A DNA stretch of 64,000 bases from Paraspadella gotoi (lineage: Eukaryota > Animalia > Chaetognatha). Below the pieces are notes generated by a model. The model was not told where the DNA came from. It searched no databases and worked only from the letters and a program-made list of their open reading frames with translations. Positions within the stretch are counted from its first letter, which is position 1. Each line of letters starts with the position of its first letter. Shown here piece after piece: positions 52,301 to 64,000 of this stretch. Both the position numbers and the translations under genes were made by a program. The DNA is taken from NCBI GenBank assembly GCA_051294375.1, contig JBJCIZ010000239.1:232801-296800 (forward strand). The letters are read 5' to 3'.

Positions 52301-55300
52301 ATGCGAGATTGCATGGGAGCGTGATGTAAACGCACAAACTGTGGTGGCTATTGTGCGCATCTATAGTCATAGAGAGAGTCAAAGTGTATTACGCTTTGAT
52401 GGCCTCTCTCGGTCGAAGATTGAGAGATCGATTCTTACTTATCGGTTGAACAGCAGAATGCGACTGTACTCAGTAAATGAGGCAAAGATGTCAAAACACA
52501 AAGCGATAACAAAAAAACAAAGGATACAAAAGAAAACAAAGCGATATGCACGCATTAGCGTATCAGTAAGGCACATGTTGTAGGCGTAGTAGAATCGACC
52601 GTATGTACTGTGCTAAGCAATAGCAGGAATATCAGCCCCGTATTTTTTTTGAGACGACGCCTCTTCTGATCGTCCCTGCGCCCTCTTACTAGCACCTCAT
52701 CTCTGGCGGACCTGCGCCCGTTTCCTAAATCCGTCGCCAATCTACTACACTCCCTAGCGCCACTTCTTTAGCACCCTGCGCCTTTTCTACACCCATGTGC
52801 CCTCTTATACACCTGCCGCACCTGCCCGTCTTCTGACACCCCCTTGGCGCTCCTCTCTAACACCCCTTGCGCCTCTTCTATACCATCACATCTCTCCCTT
52901 ATTTGAGCTACACCACTGCGAGCACTCCCGTTCTTCACAACCCCGTCCAAATACTCCAGTCGAAACGCACTTCGGAGAAGGGAGGAACCTAGCGCATGCG
53001 ATCGCTCTACGAGGCGGAAAGATGCAGGAGTCTACATGTGCCGCAATACGTGAATCACGTGAAAGATGTGTCTACGCACGTCACAGCGCGCAGGCGTTAT
53101 CAATCGAACGTGAGCAAGAGGGAGGAAAAAAGAAAGAGAGAAATGGGAGGAAATTGAAAGCAAAGCAATATGGAAATCTAGGAAACGAGAAAGAATAGCA
53201 AAGCCAAATGAGTGAGTAGAAAAGGAGGAGGAAAGCAAAAGCCAATGAGGATGAGGAAAAGAGGAAAGGGAAAGCAAGCAGCCGATGAGGAATAGGAAGG
53301 GAGAAATGAGCAAAGGCCATGAGGATAGGAAGGAGGAAAGGAAAGCAAAGCATGAGGAATATGACAAGAGGAAGGAGAAGCAAAAGCCAAGTGAAAGAAG
53401 TAGTAAAGGAGTAAGGAAATGGGAGAAGGAAATAGGAAAAGGAGTACGGAACATTAAAAAAAAAAAATAGGGATCATGAAATAGAGAATCGGCGAGAAGA
53501 GGCGATACGTGAAAGAGATAGAAGGAGAAGGTGAAAAAAAGAGAGAGGATAGGAATAATAAGTGATAAAAAAAAAGAAAGAAAGATATTAATCCACACGA
53601 AAAAAGTATCAAAGGAAGTGAAAGGAATGTATAGGAATGAAAACTAAATGCGGAGAAAATGCGCAATTCCCGTTTTATGGCGGTAGCGCCGGAGACTAAA
53701 TAGAGTACAAAAGAAGATAGAGCCAAATTGGGCCGGTGCCCCCGCGTAATGCCAGCTCAAGCTGCAGCGAAAACGTTCCGTCTTCAAGTGCGCGGACTCC
53801 TCACAGGGCAACTCGCTCCGAAAACGTGACGATTGGAAATAGCGGGTCGTCTTCTCAGCTCAACTCGGAGTGCTTCCCAGGTGATTTTTCATATGTTTCC
53901 TTTGTTATATATTAGTAATTCTCTATAATTTTTCCACTTTTTCGGTTGGTCGTCGGTCGGTATGTCCGTCCGTGGTCTGTCCTACATTTTGTTAAGAAAA
54001 AATGCTCACGACTCCGCTCTAAGTTGGTTGCTCATTTGTTTAAGAAAAAAACTCTGAAAGATCTAAGTGACTGCTAGCGCCGACTTCGGGAAATCTTAAA
54101 CTATAAAGAATAAAAGACGGAATTTCGATGCAGCGCTGTCATAAATATTTGGGCTGAAGAAAGTCACTTCGCACATGGAGACCGATCATGATTTATCTTT
54201 AAGTTTCCATTTGTTTGTCTCGTTGATTTGTTTTTGTTTTTTTTTTCGTTTGTTTTTTTTTTGTTTTTTTTTTTTGGGTTTGCTTCTTTGATAAACGGTT
54301 ACCTTGTAAAAAATTCGCGGAAAAATCAAAAAAACGAGAAAATCGGTTTACGGCTTCGTCACTACTCTTGAACACAACATATCCGCAGATGGACGTTAGC
54401 AACTTGCGAGCCTTTCACCTTGTATCTGCTAATTGTACCGCTCCCCCCCTCTCCTTCTGCACCCCCACTTCATTTCATTTGAAAACCTCACCGTCCTTGC
54501 TTTTTTCCTTACTTTTCCTCCTTTTCCATCTTTTTCCCCGTTAATCCTTTAAAAAACCATGATTAATTCAATTATTTTCGCAACGGCTTTAAGAAAATCC
54601 GCGTTTAACCGGGAAGAGTGAAAATAATGTATTATAAATGTATAAGTTAAAAAAAATAAAACACTAGGATGTGGGTGAGAAAAAAAATATCTTTTAATAT
54701 CCCTTTATTTGCTAGTCTTTCCTTGTTTTATCTTTGGCGATTGGGTTCACGGCCTGGTTTTAACTGTGCATTGTAATCTAGCTGACTTGTATTTTTTTAT
54801 AGTATACACAATATAGTATGCAAAACTAGTGAGTTCCGATTAACGCCGTTATTTGTTTGAGGAACATAGTCGCTGCCGTTGTAAATAGCTAAAGGTGCTT
54901 GATTAGATGGTATAACGAGCCCGGTTATAAGATCGGGTTACGTTTTTATAATTATAATTTGTTAAATTTAAAATATTAAATATTCGAAAACTAACCTAAA
55001 GATTTCAATTGGTATTGCTTCTCCTTAACTCGGGCTACTGAATGCGTAGCCTTTGATCTGTTATAAATTTAGATAGGAGATGAGGTACCATTATACGTTG
55101 AATTAAATGAGAAATTGGTTGGAAAAAGACAGCATATAGATAGGGGAGCAATTTTTGTCTTTTGCCTCCAGGAGTGATATAAAATATGAAAGAAGAGACA
55201 CAGACTGAAAGAAAAGCACAATGTAATCTTTAATTCTGTATATTTTGTTTTTCATTTCTCTATCTTTTTTCTTTCTTTCTTTCGTTTTTTCAGCTTTTTC

Positions 55301-57109
55301 TTTTTTTTATTTCTCTCGTCCTCATTATTTTGTAATCCAGTTGTTATGTCATTCTTGAGAAGCATGTATTGTTCTGTTGTTATCTTCTAAACATGACATA
55401 ATTAATATGAATTATCGATATTGTGTTAAGACTTTCTCTTACGTTGCGTTTATAGTTAAGTGAAAGCAAAGTGTTATATTGTTTTAAAGCAAACACAGGT
55501 TGTTTATTTAAAAAAAAGGACATGTTCGACTGCTCGGGACGGCGGCTGAATGGTAGACTCGGAAAACTAGGAGTCGCAAACATGATCCGTATTTTATGGG
55601 GAATAAAGAAACCCGTTGCTGGTTGTAAAGGCCAATAACTTTGTTTATCTCTTAATTACGAACTATGCAATTTATTAATCTGAATGTTGAAGAATGAATC
55701 GGATGAAAAATTGAAAGAAAAAAGCTAAAACAAAGGAAATAAGAAAGATTAATTGTTATTTTTTTAATTTAGCACAATAAGAAAGGTTATCTTGCATGTA
55801 AAATTTGATCTTGAAAAAAAAAAGTATGCAGATGCCATATTTATCAATATTCAAAATAGTTCTTTGATGTACAATGTTAAATTAGCTAAAGGAAAAACGA
55901 AACAATTGGGAGATAAGAAGTAAAAAAAAAAACCGAAGGGCAGAAAACATGATAATGATTAGGATGAAAAGATTAAAAGGGTTGAAAATAACAAAGAAAA
56001 AAAAGGGAAATGTAGAACACGAGAGAGGCGGGAAAAATATAGTGAGAAAGGAAGAGGAGAATAAGGAAAATTTTTTCTTAAAAAATCTAGTTTTCATAAC
56101 AAAATCAATATGCTTGAAATTAACCGTAATTTTAAACCGTATAAAAGTAATATATTAGACGTGTGAAGTTAAATTGATTTTTACCGTTAATTAACCGTTA
56201 ACTGTTAACGTTATCGGAACCCTAATTCAAACTAATAAACCAGAAAAATAGTACTCTTCAAATCTATAAAAAAAACTCTCTACTTATATTCTCGAAAATT
56301 TAAAAAAAGGATGATTAATCTTTTTTATTTAAATATTAACATTATTCTAAAAAGATAATTTTAAAAAAGTTTTTTTTAGGACGTTAACACTGCACGACTT
56401 TTGTATCATTCTGTTTTCCCGACGCTCTGCTGGTTATAAAAAACTTGTTTTTTAGTTGCCGGCCGCGGACGTAAATCGCGGAGAAATTCTATAAAACACT
56501 TTTCTGCGGTCGTCAGTGGTTGTTTATCCGTTGGACTGCTCACAATTCCGCCATAGTTTGTTGCCCTCATTTTGAGAAGACGGGCGGAAAAAAAGCCTCG
56601 AATCTAAGTTACTGGCGCGCGCCGCTTTTTAGAAATTCTAGAACCTATAAAGAATAAAAGTCGATTTCCGATGCCGTGCCTACGCGTCAATGACAACGAT
56701 CACAAATTGTGGAACAGTAAATGGATCAAAGTGAAAAGAAAGCTGCACCTGGCGGCGCAACACGCTTGGACTGCATCCAATCAGCGTTTCTCACGAATCT
56801 CTTTATTTGTTTTTATCATCTTACTCTTGCACTGCTCGCATTTTCCTCTCTTATCTCTTTTATTTTCTCTCTTCTTTAATTCTTCCAAATCAATTTTTTT
56901 TTATCATAACTTTTTAATGATAATTTTTTTTCATTAGTTTTTTCCGCCTTAATTTCTCTTTCCTCTTCCCTTTTTTTCAAAGTATTCGTTTTCACTGACG
57001 TTTTGTTTTCACATTTTCTTTCATTGTGATCGTCGTCGTCGTCGTCGTCGTCTTCGTTGACGCCATGGAGATTTCAATTTGTCGCATCGACAAAAGGTTT
57101 TTCATTAAC
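48700..57109 (+). repeat. Direct, very indel-rich third copy of ~18950-25038 carrying an extra 1.4-kb insertion
   Basis: Degraded exon copies at ~50471-50640, 51587-51738, 52960-53109 and 53789-53880; intron repeats in the same order. Confidence 0.9.
54827..56224. mobile_element. Non-autonomous hAT-type element (~1.4 kb)
   Basis: TIRs TAG..GTTCCGAT.AACG and CGTTATCGGAACCCTA; subterminal TAACCGTTA repeats; right flank ATTCAAAC (left flank noisy). Absent from the equivalent sites at ~24194-24201 and ~8102-8109. Confidence 0.78.
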
Positions 57110-58466
57110 TCTCTCTCTCTTGCCCTCTCTCTCTATCTTGAAAGAGCTAATTCAAAAACAATATGGGCAGAGAAAATTTCGCTGATGCAATACTTTTTTT
57201 CTTTCTCCTTCCATCTTCGCTCTCTCGCTTCGCTTTCGACACCGTTGACGTTTTTTTTTTTTGATCGGTCGGTCTGTCGGTCGGTCGGTCGGTCTGTCGG
57301 TCGGTCCGTCTGTCCTACTTACGTTTCAAATGATCATAACTCGGATGATACTTTGTCGGTTGCTCTTTTACGCTGACGTAATCACCCAAAAATACACGCT
57401 ATAAGAAAGTCACCGCGGGCCAACGCATTAGAATTTACGTTTCTTGTTTTCTGTTTTTTTTTAGCTGGTTTTTTTTTCTGTTTTTTTTTCTTCTAATTTC
57501 TTCGCCACAAAAAAAAATGTGATTATCGAGTTTCGTCGCCTCTACTTCACTCGCGCGAAGAAAATTCGTTTCCTCACATCTTTTTTTTTTTGCCGAAAAG
57601 TAAAACGAGAGATGAAAAAAAATGCCCAGAAAATTCAATGATGCGGTGACAAGACCACGAATGGTCAGGCGCATGAACGAAGCAAATAATAATAAAAAAA
57701 ACTCATTGATTTAGGGACCAATTGAATGAAAGAGCAGATGTATCATTGGATAGACTGACAAATTAACCATAAAGCAACTAGTTTTTAATTGCCTAATCGA
57801 CCCTTGCACTTATATATCGATTGACTGACTGACTGACTGATTGACTGACCATACTTTTTTTTATAAGATCGATTCAAATAATTTCAATTTTCTCAAGAGG
57901 TCGACTTTCATATTTTCTGATTTTCATAAGATCAATTCCCCAGATTAACTTTTTAGAATTGTACTAAAACTATCTGGGGAGATGCTTATAATCAACTCCC
58001 TCATCAAAAAAGCTTCTTATGAGGATGCCTCGTTGCTTCTAAAAATAGGTTTGTGTGCCTCAATGCCGTTTTAAACTCTCTCTCTCTCTCTCCTTCTCTC
58101 TCTCTCTCTCCCTCTCTCCCTCTTCTTCCATACTCTTTTTCTCGATCTCTCTTCGTCTCTAACTCTCTCGCTCTCTTTACTTTCTTCTTTCTTTTCTTTC
58201 TTTCTTTCTTTCTTTCTTTTCTCTCTCTCTCTCTTCCATACTCTTTTTCTCCTTTTCTCCTCTCTCCTCTCTTCTCTCTCTCTTCTCTCTCTCTTTCTCT
58301 CTCGTCTTCTCTCTCTCTCTCTCTCTCTCCACTATATTCTCTCCTTCCCGTTTTTTAATGAGAATCTGATAGATAATTATGAAAAAACCTTAAAGTCGGG
58401 CGAGATGACCACGTTATTTCCACACCTCTTTTCTCTTCTCTCTCTCTCTCTCTCTTTTTCTCTCTG

Positions 58467-58517
<51 letters not shown>

Positions 58518-60107
58518 TCTCTCTCTCACTCTCCGACGCCGAATTCAATAGGAGAAGCTGGACGAGGCTTTCACGATGCGAGATGATGAATGACGCGGCG
58601 ACGACGAGTAATGAACCGGACACTATGATTTTTAGACAGAAGGAAGAACAGGGGACAAGTGGGAGAAGCAGAACGAGAGAGAGATGAGAGAGAGAGAGAA
58701 CGGAGGAGAGAGGAGAGGAGAGAGAGAGAGAGAGAGAGGAGTCATATACTCAGCTTTCTCCCGGACCCGCAAGCCGTCCACCGAGGGCACAAGCAGGCGC
58801 GGCGGCTTTGCTGACCGACTCACTTCTCCTTCCGGGCTTTCTCGCTCGGCATTTCGGGGAGATTTTCTTTCTCTCTCGATGTTGGAGCCGGGCTCTTCTT
58901 CGGTTCGAAGTTTCCGGACGGTTTACGGGCCCCGGATCTTCTCTCTCTCTATCGCTTCTTTCTCTTGGCTCTCTCTCTCTATTCCGTTCTCTTTATCTGC
59001 GTCTCTATTTCTCTTATTTTTTTTTAAATATTAATATTTTATGCATCCTACACTCTTTATTTGTCATTCATAATAGGTATTTATTACAAATAAACTAAAA
59101 TAAAACATTAAACTTTTTAAAAAAAATTTCTACTTTATTTAATGTTTTAATTTATGTTATTTTGGTTTGGTCTTTCAATTTCAAGTATTTTTATATAGAG
59201 CAAGATTAAAATACAACAAACTAGTAACTACATTTCTTTTCATTTCAATATTCTTTCCATTATTCATGACATTTAATTTTTACGATTTTACAATAATAGT
59301 TTAGTTTTTTGTAAAAATTAAATCTCTCTCTTTTTACTATAAGAAACGAACACATTTTACGTGAAAGTTTATCTCGATGCAAGTAAATTTATTTGTTATT
59401 TTGTAATATTTAGAATAATTTTTTCATCCCAAACAGTTGCTAAAGTATTTCAGGAAAAGTACATTTATTAAGGTTAAAAAATATATTTCTTATAAAATAG
59501 AAGGTTCATGACCTTCTTGGTAGAGAACAAAATTGTGATCTAAATTTAATATTTATTTTCCATCTTTCTTTTCTTTCTTTCCTTCTTCTTCCTTTCTTTT
59601 TCTTCTTTCTTTTCCGAATAATTTCTTTTCTTTCATATTATATTCTTGCCTTAATTTTTCAAAAAAGAGCCTTATCTCCTTAAATAAAAAACTCCCAGAT
59701 CGGATTTTCGCTCGGAGGCAGAGAGAAGACGAGAGCGTAAGGAAGAGAGGAGAAAAAGAGGAAGTCAGTCGCTGCGGGGCTCGGATCGGATCGATTGCAG
59801 CCGCGCGCGGATCCGGGAGATAAGAGGGTAATGATAAGAGAAGAGGAGTAAGATGAACGCCGAGCGAAGTTCAGTCGAAGGCAGGGAGCAGGCCGCTTCG
59901 GCCCGCGGCGGGGCTGCTCCCGGAGGGCTTGCGTGATACAGAGGCATCCTGAGTTAGCCATGAGAGAGGGAGAGTGAGTCAAGGAGTTTGAGAGAGAGAA
60001 GCAAGAAGAGAAGAGAAGTGAGATAGAGAGACCCACGTCTTCAAGATCAGAATTTAAAAAACTGGTTGGCATCAGCTCTTGTATGAAACACGAACACCGG
60101 ATGCCTA

Positions 60108-60588
60108 CTATCTAGGAAAAAAAGTATATAACATTTTTAATAAAGGATATCTATTCAAAAACTTGTTTTATTTAAAAGAAATCAAAATGTTTCCGGACTT
60201 ACATTGAATTTCCTTTCAGTAGCTTCCATCCATTTTTGTGTAGGCCAAAAAATACTGTTACTTCAAATAAAAAATAAATATTTTTTATTTTTTATTTTTA
60301 GTATTTAGTTATTTGTTTTTATTTCGAATAGAGTTAATTATTTATTTTTTTTTAATTTGGCAATGCAAAAGGCCTTGCATCCCTCAGGTCTGAAAAAAAT
60401 TGCGTTAAAGATGCGGAAAATCATTTCACTGTCATACCTCAATTTGCTGTATGAGAGCATGCCCAGACAAATGCAGGCAGTAATCAATGCCGTGGAAGGG
60501 CATACCAAATATTAAGAATGTTTTACCCTTGTTTTGGTTACTTTTTATTGGATAAATGAATTATGTTATATACTTTTTTTCTAGATAG
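60108..60588 (+). mobile_element. Internally deleted Tc1/mariner element
   Basis: TA at 60106-60107 and 60589-60590; ~26-bp TIR CTATCTAG(G)AAAAAAAGTATATAACA. 60363-60515 encodes ...ISLSYLNLLYESMPRQMQAVINAVEGHTKY-stop, the Tc1 transposase C-terminal motif (SMP.R..AVI.A.G..TKY). Confidence 0.9.
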
Positions 60589-60675
60589 TACAAGGCTTGA
60601 TAACAATGATTGTATTAATAGTTAAGGGAGTGGTCCTTTTATACAATTGAAACTTAATGTTATATCACTTCAATA

Positions 60676-60852
60676 ATAGGGAAGCCAGGTGCTCTGGGAG
60701 TGAATAAACAAGACAGTGAGAGAGTGTGGCTTGAAAGCTTGCCGGGTCCTGCTATCTTATTATCTTGTAAGAGTGATGAAGGCCAATATCCAAAGTCAGG
60801 GGCAAGATGGCTTATTTATTAAATGAATGGAAAATTATTATATTGGTTGTAC
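60676..60852. repeat. Unclassified interspersed repeat, copy 2
   Basis: See 6553-6744. Confidence 0.75.
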
Positions 60853-62053
60853 CAGTTTCATATTGATTATATAGTTTATTTGGCACCTTTTGGTAAAATT
60901 ACGATTGGTAGCCATATAAGCAGTCATTAATGTTATGTGAAAATTGATTGGGTTGGCAGCAGCCCCGGTAAGAAACGGGATCGTCAAGTTTCCTCATTAA
61001 CATTACAATTTTTTTTTTTTTTCGCTTTTCGTAATAGCGTAAAATCGCCAACGTCATTAATTTCGTTAATGGCGTAAAATTAAAAGAATAACTGGTGGAT
61101 AAGATTAAGAGCTGGAGAACGGCGAACCTCGGAATAAGGATGACTTCGACGAGGAGAAGAATTCTGAGAAAAATCGAATCCGCTCTCGTTGTATTGAATC
61201 TGTTCAGGAGGAGGAGGAGGAGGAGGAGGATGAACAATTGAACATTGAACAGGTGTCGGCCATCTTGAAATCGACTAATATTCTTGGTTGAACTTTAGAT
61301 TTGGAAATGTACTTTAGGAAGCATAACTATTTTTTTTTTGCCACGAATATCCTCAGTTTAAAACGCAAAATGATATTTAACAGTTCAAAAACTTGGCCTT
61401 ATTTTCTAAGAATTCTCCATTTCATCTTGAATGCGGCTGTAGGTTAATTAAGTTAGTGATTAATTTTAAGTATTTCATTTGTGATTACAGATAAATATAA
61501 ATAATAAATATTAATATATAAATATAAAATTATATATTACAATATAGTGGTAAGGTAGGTGTTAGGGTTTGGTTTATTACATATTTAANNNNNNNNNNGT
61601 ATTGAATCTGTTCAAGAGGAGAAGGAGGAAGAGGAGGAGGAGGAGGAGGAGGAGGAGGAGGATGAACATTGAACAATTGAACATTGAACAGGTGTCAGCC
61701 ATCTTGAAATCGACTAATATTCTTGACTGAACTTTAGATTTTGAAATGTACTTTAAGAAGCATAACTGATTTTCTTTTGCCTCGAATATCCTCAGTTTAA
61801 AACGCAAAATGATATTTAACAGTTTCAAAAATATTTAAATAAAATATAAAATATTTAACAGGTTCAAAAACTGGGCCTTATTTTCTCAGAATTCTCCATT
61901 TCATCTTGAATTCGGCTGTAGGTTAATTAAGTTAGTGATTAATGTTAAGTATTTTATTTGTGATTACAGTTAGAGATTTGCGTTAGGGACTTGCATTTAA
62001 GGTTAAAAGTAAAGGATAAATATAAATAATAAAAATTAATATATAAATATAAA

Positions 62054-62250
62054 GACAGTTTGAGTTTAGTTTTGACAACGATTTTATTTTATTGTAAAAC
62101 AGATATGTTTCGGCTTCATTTCAAGCCTTCAACGCTGATGAAGGCTTGAAATGAAGCCGAAACATATCTGTTTTACAATAAAATAAAATCGTTGTCAAAA
62201 CTAAACTCAAACTGTCTCTAATCTAATCGAAAAGAAAGGATTTATATCAC
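62054..62250. mobile_element. Second fold-back hammerhead-containing insertion with 16-bp TSD
   Basis: Perfect 79-bp arms 62053-62131 and 62139-62217 with a 7-nt loop. AATATATAAATATAAA at 62038-62053 and 62251-62266; the duplicate region has a single copy (empty site) at 61513-61528. Confidence 0.88.
62131..62172 (+). ncRNA. Minimal type I hammerhead ribozyme motif
   Basis: Stem I AACG/TGTT, CTGATGA (62135-62141), A, stem II GGCTT/AAGCC with 6-nt loop, GAAA (62159-62162), C-ATAT-C. The triplet is ATC and stem III is imperfect relative to GAAACATGTC. Confidence 0.72.
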
Positions 62251-62880
62251 AATATATAAATATAAAATTATATATTACAATATAGTAGTAAGGTAGGTAT
62301 TAAGGTTTGCTTTATTACATATTTAAATTAAATATTAAGATTTAAATTATATTTTTTCATAATGAAATGAAATGGGGCACTTTCGGAAAATAGAGCTCAT
62401 TTTTATTCAACCTACCGACCCCTACCGTCCTTCGAGTNNNNNNNNNNNNNNNNNNNNNNNNNNNNNNNNNNNNNNNNNNNNNNNNNNNNNNNNNNNNNNN
62501 NNNNNNNNNNNNNNNNNNNNNNNNNNNNNNNNNNNNNNNNNNNNNNNNNNNNNNNNNNNNNNNNNNNNNNNNNNNNNNNNNNNNNNNNNNNNNNNNNNNN
62601 NNNNNNNNNNNNNNNNNNNNNNNNNNNNNNNNNNNNNNNNNNNNNNNNNNNNNNNNNNNNNNNNNNNNNNNNNNNNNNNNNNNNNNNNNNNNNNNNNNNN
62701 NNNNNNNNNNNNNNNNNNNNNNNNNNNNNNNNNNNNNNNNNNCTCCCTCTGTCTGTCAAATCGAGACGGAATTTTCTCCTCGTTTTTTCGACGAGAAAAA
62801 CTTGAGTGACTGAAATAAAAACATTATTTAATACAAATTGTTTTTTTTTTATTAAAATATAAGACAAATATATTATTTTT

Positions 62881-62911
<31 letters not shown>

Positions 62912-64000
62912 NNNNNNNNNNNNNNNNNNNNNNNNNNNNNNNNNNNNNNNNNNNNNNNNNNNNNNNNNNNNNNNNNNNNNNNNNNNNNNNNNNNNNNNNN
63001 NNNNNNNNNNNNNNNNNNNNNNNNNNNNNNNNNNNNNNNNNNNNNNNNNNNNNNNNNNNNNNNNNNNNNNNNNNNNNNNNNNNNNNNNNNNNNNNNNNNN
63101 NNNNNNNNNNNNNNNNNNNNNNNNNNNNNNNNNNNNNNNNCCCCCCTCTCTTTCTTTTCATTCGCTCACCTCTCTAAAAGTATCAAAAAAGGGTCAGCCT
63201 TTGGGGCCTCAAGGTCACCCGAGTTCCAAAAGGTCAAAAAAGTTTCTGTAGATGGAAAAAGTCGTCGCCGACTTTGGTCGCGAGAGCCTTTCAACAAGAA
63301 AAGAAAAATAAGGAAAAAAAAGGTGAAGAAAAAAAAAGGAAATGGTGAGGAAAAAGATAGAAAGAAGTAGGATAGAAAGAAAGAAATTTAGGAAGAAATA
63401 GAGAAGGAAAGAAAGAAAGAAGAAAACGTATGAAAAATGAAAGATAGAGAAAGAGAATGCAAAGTAATGTGATGCAAAAAAAAAGAAAGAAAGAAATTAA
63501 GAAGAAGAGATCGTAAGATAAATAGAAAGAAAAAATGACAGGAAGAAGAAAATAAAGGAAAAGACACAAAGAAAGAAGAAAAGAAAAAGTCAAAAGAAAA
63601 TGAAAGATAAAAAAAACGAAAGAAAAAAAATAAGAAAGACAGAAATAACAAAATAAAGACATAATAACACATTGAAATAAAGATATAAAGAAAGAAAGAA
63701 ACAAAATAAAAAAAAGTAAAATGAAGGCGGGAAAAAAAAAAAAACGAAAAGAAAAAAAAAAAGAATCTGATCGAGACAAAATTTCCTCGCGAGAGTTCAC
63801 TGAATCCTCCTTTCTTGGACCTTCGATAAGGAAAAAAAGAGGAGTCGGGAGAAAATATGAAATAAGGGAAAATGGAAAGGAAAAAATATAAGGAAAAAAA
63901 AAAAAAAAAAAAACTAACAAAATAAAACGAAAAAAATAACAGAAATTATATTGTTCTGTATAGATGCCCTCCCTCTATTTCCTAAAAGACAACACTAACA

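Larger units (their letters stand above)
61189..62326. repeat. Tandem near-identical pair (61189-61588 and 61599-62326) across an N-gap, probably two alleles
   Basis: Clean SNP-level differences plus two insertions in the second copy. Confidence 0.85.

Noticed and set aside
60770-60800. Third hammerhead (GTGATGAAGGCC)
   Set aside because: Lacks C3, a closing stem II and GAAA.

Overview
Animal (bilaterian-type) genomic scaffold, not prokaryotic. It is AT-rich, saturated with (GA/TC)n and other microsatellites, and broken by N-gaps. Long stretches are indel-rich, like unpolished long-read gap fill, so almost all ORFs in the supplied track are repeat artefacts. Supported content: (1) a spliced + strand Turtle/IGSF9-family adhesion gene whose Ig3-Ig4-Ig5-FN3 exons join with consistent GT-AG phases (5951-25962, possible further FN3 exons near 43.5 and 45.1 kb); about 7 kb of it recurs as two noisy copies (inverted at 7.2-14.6 kb, direct at 48.7-57.1 kb); (2) a frameshifted myosin essential light chain gene on the - strand (35069-37355); (3) two non-autonomous hAT-type elements, a deleted Tc1/mariner, and DINE-1/Helentron-like repeats; (4) a 3-kb (CTTTG/CTCTG)n satellite. 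Most interesting are two ~200-bp fold-back insertions (16227-16435, 62054-62250), each centred on a minimal hammerhead-ribozyme motif and flanked by 12-16-bp target-site duplications; one has its empty site visible in the neighbouring duplicate. Also notable are minisatellites built from exon 3' ends plus splice donors. Family assignments come from recalled motif knowledge, not database searches.
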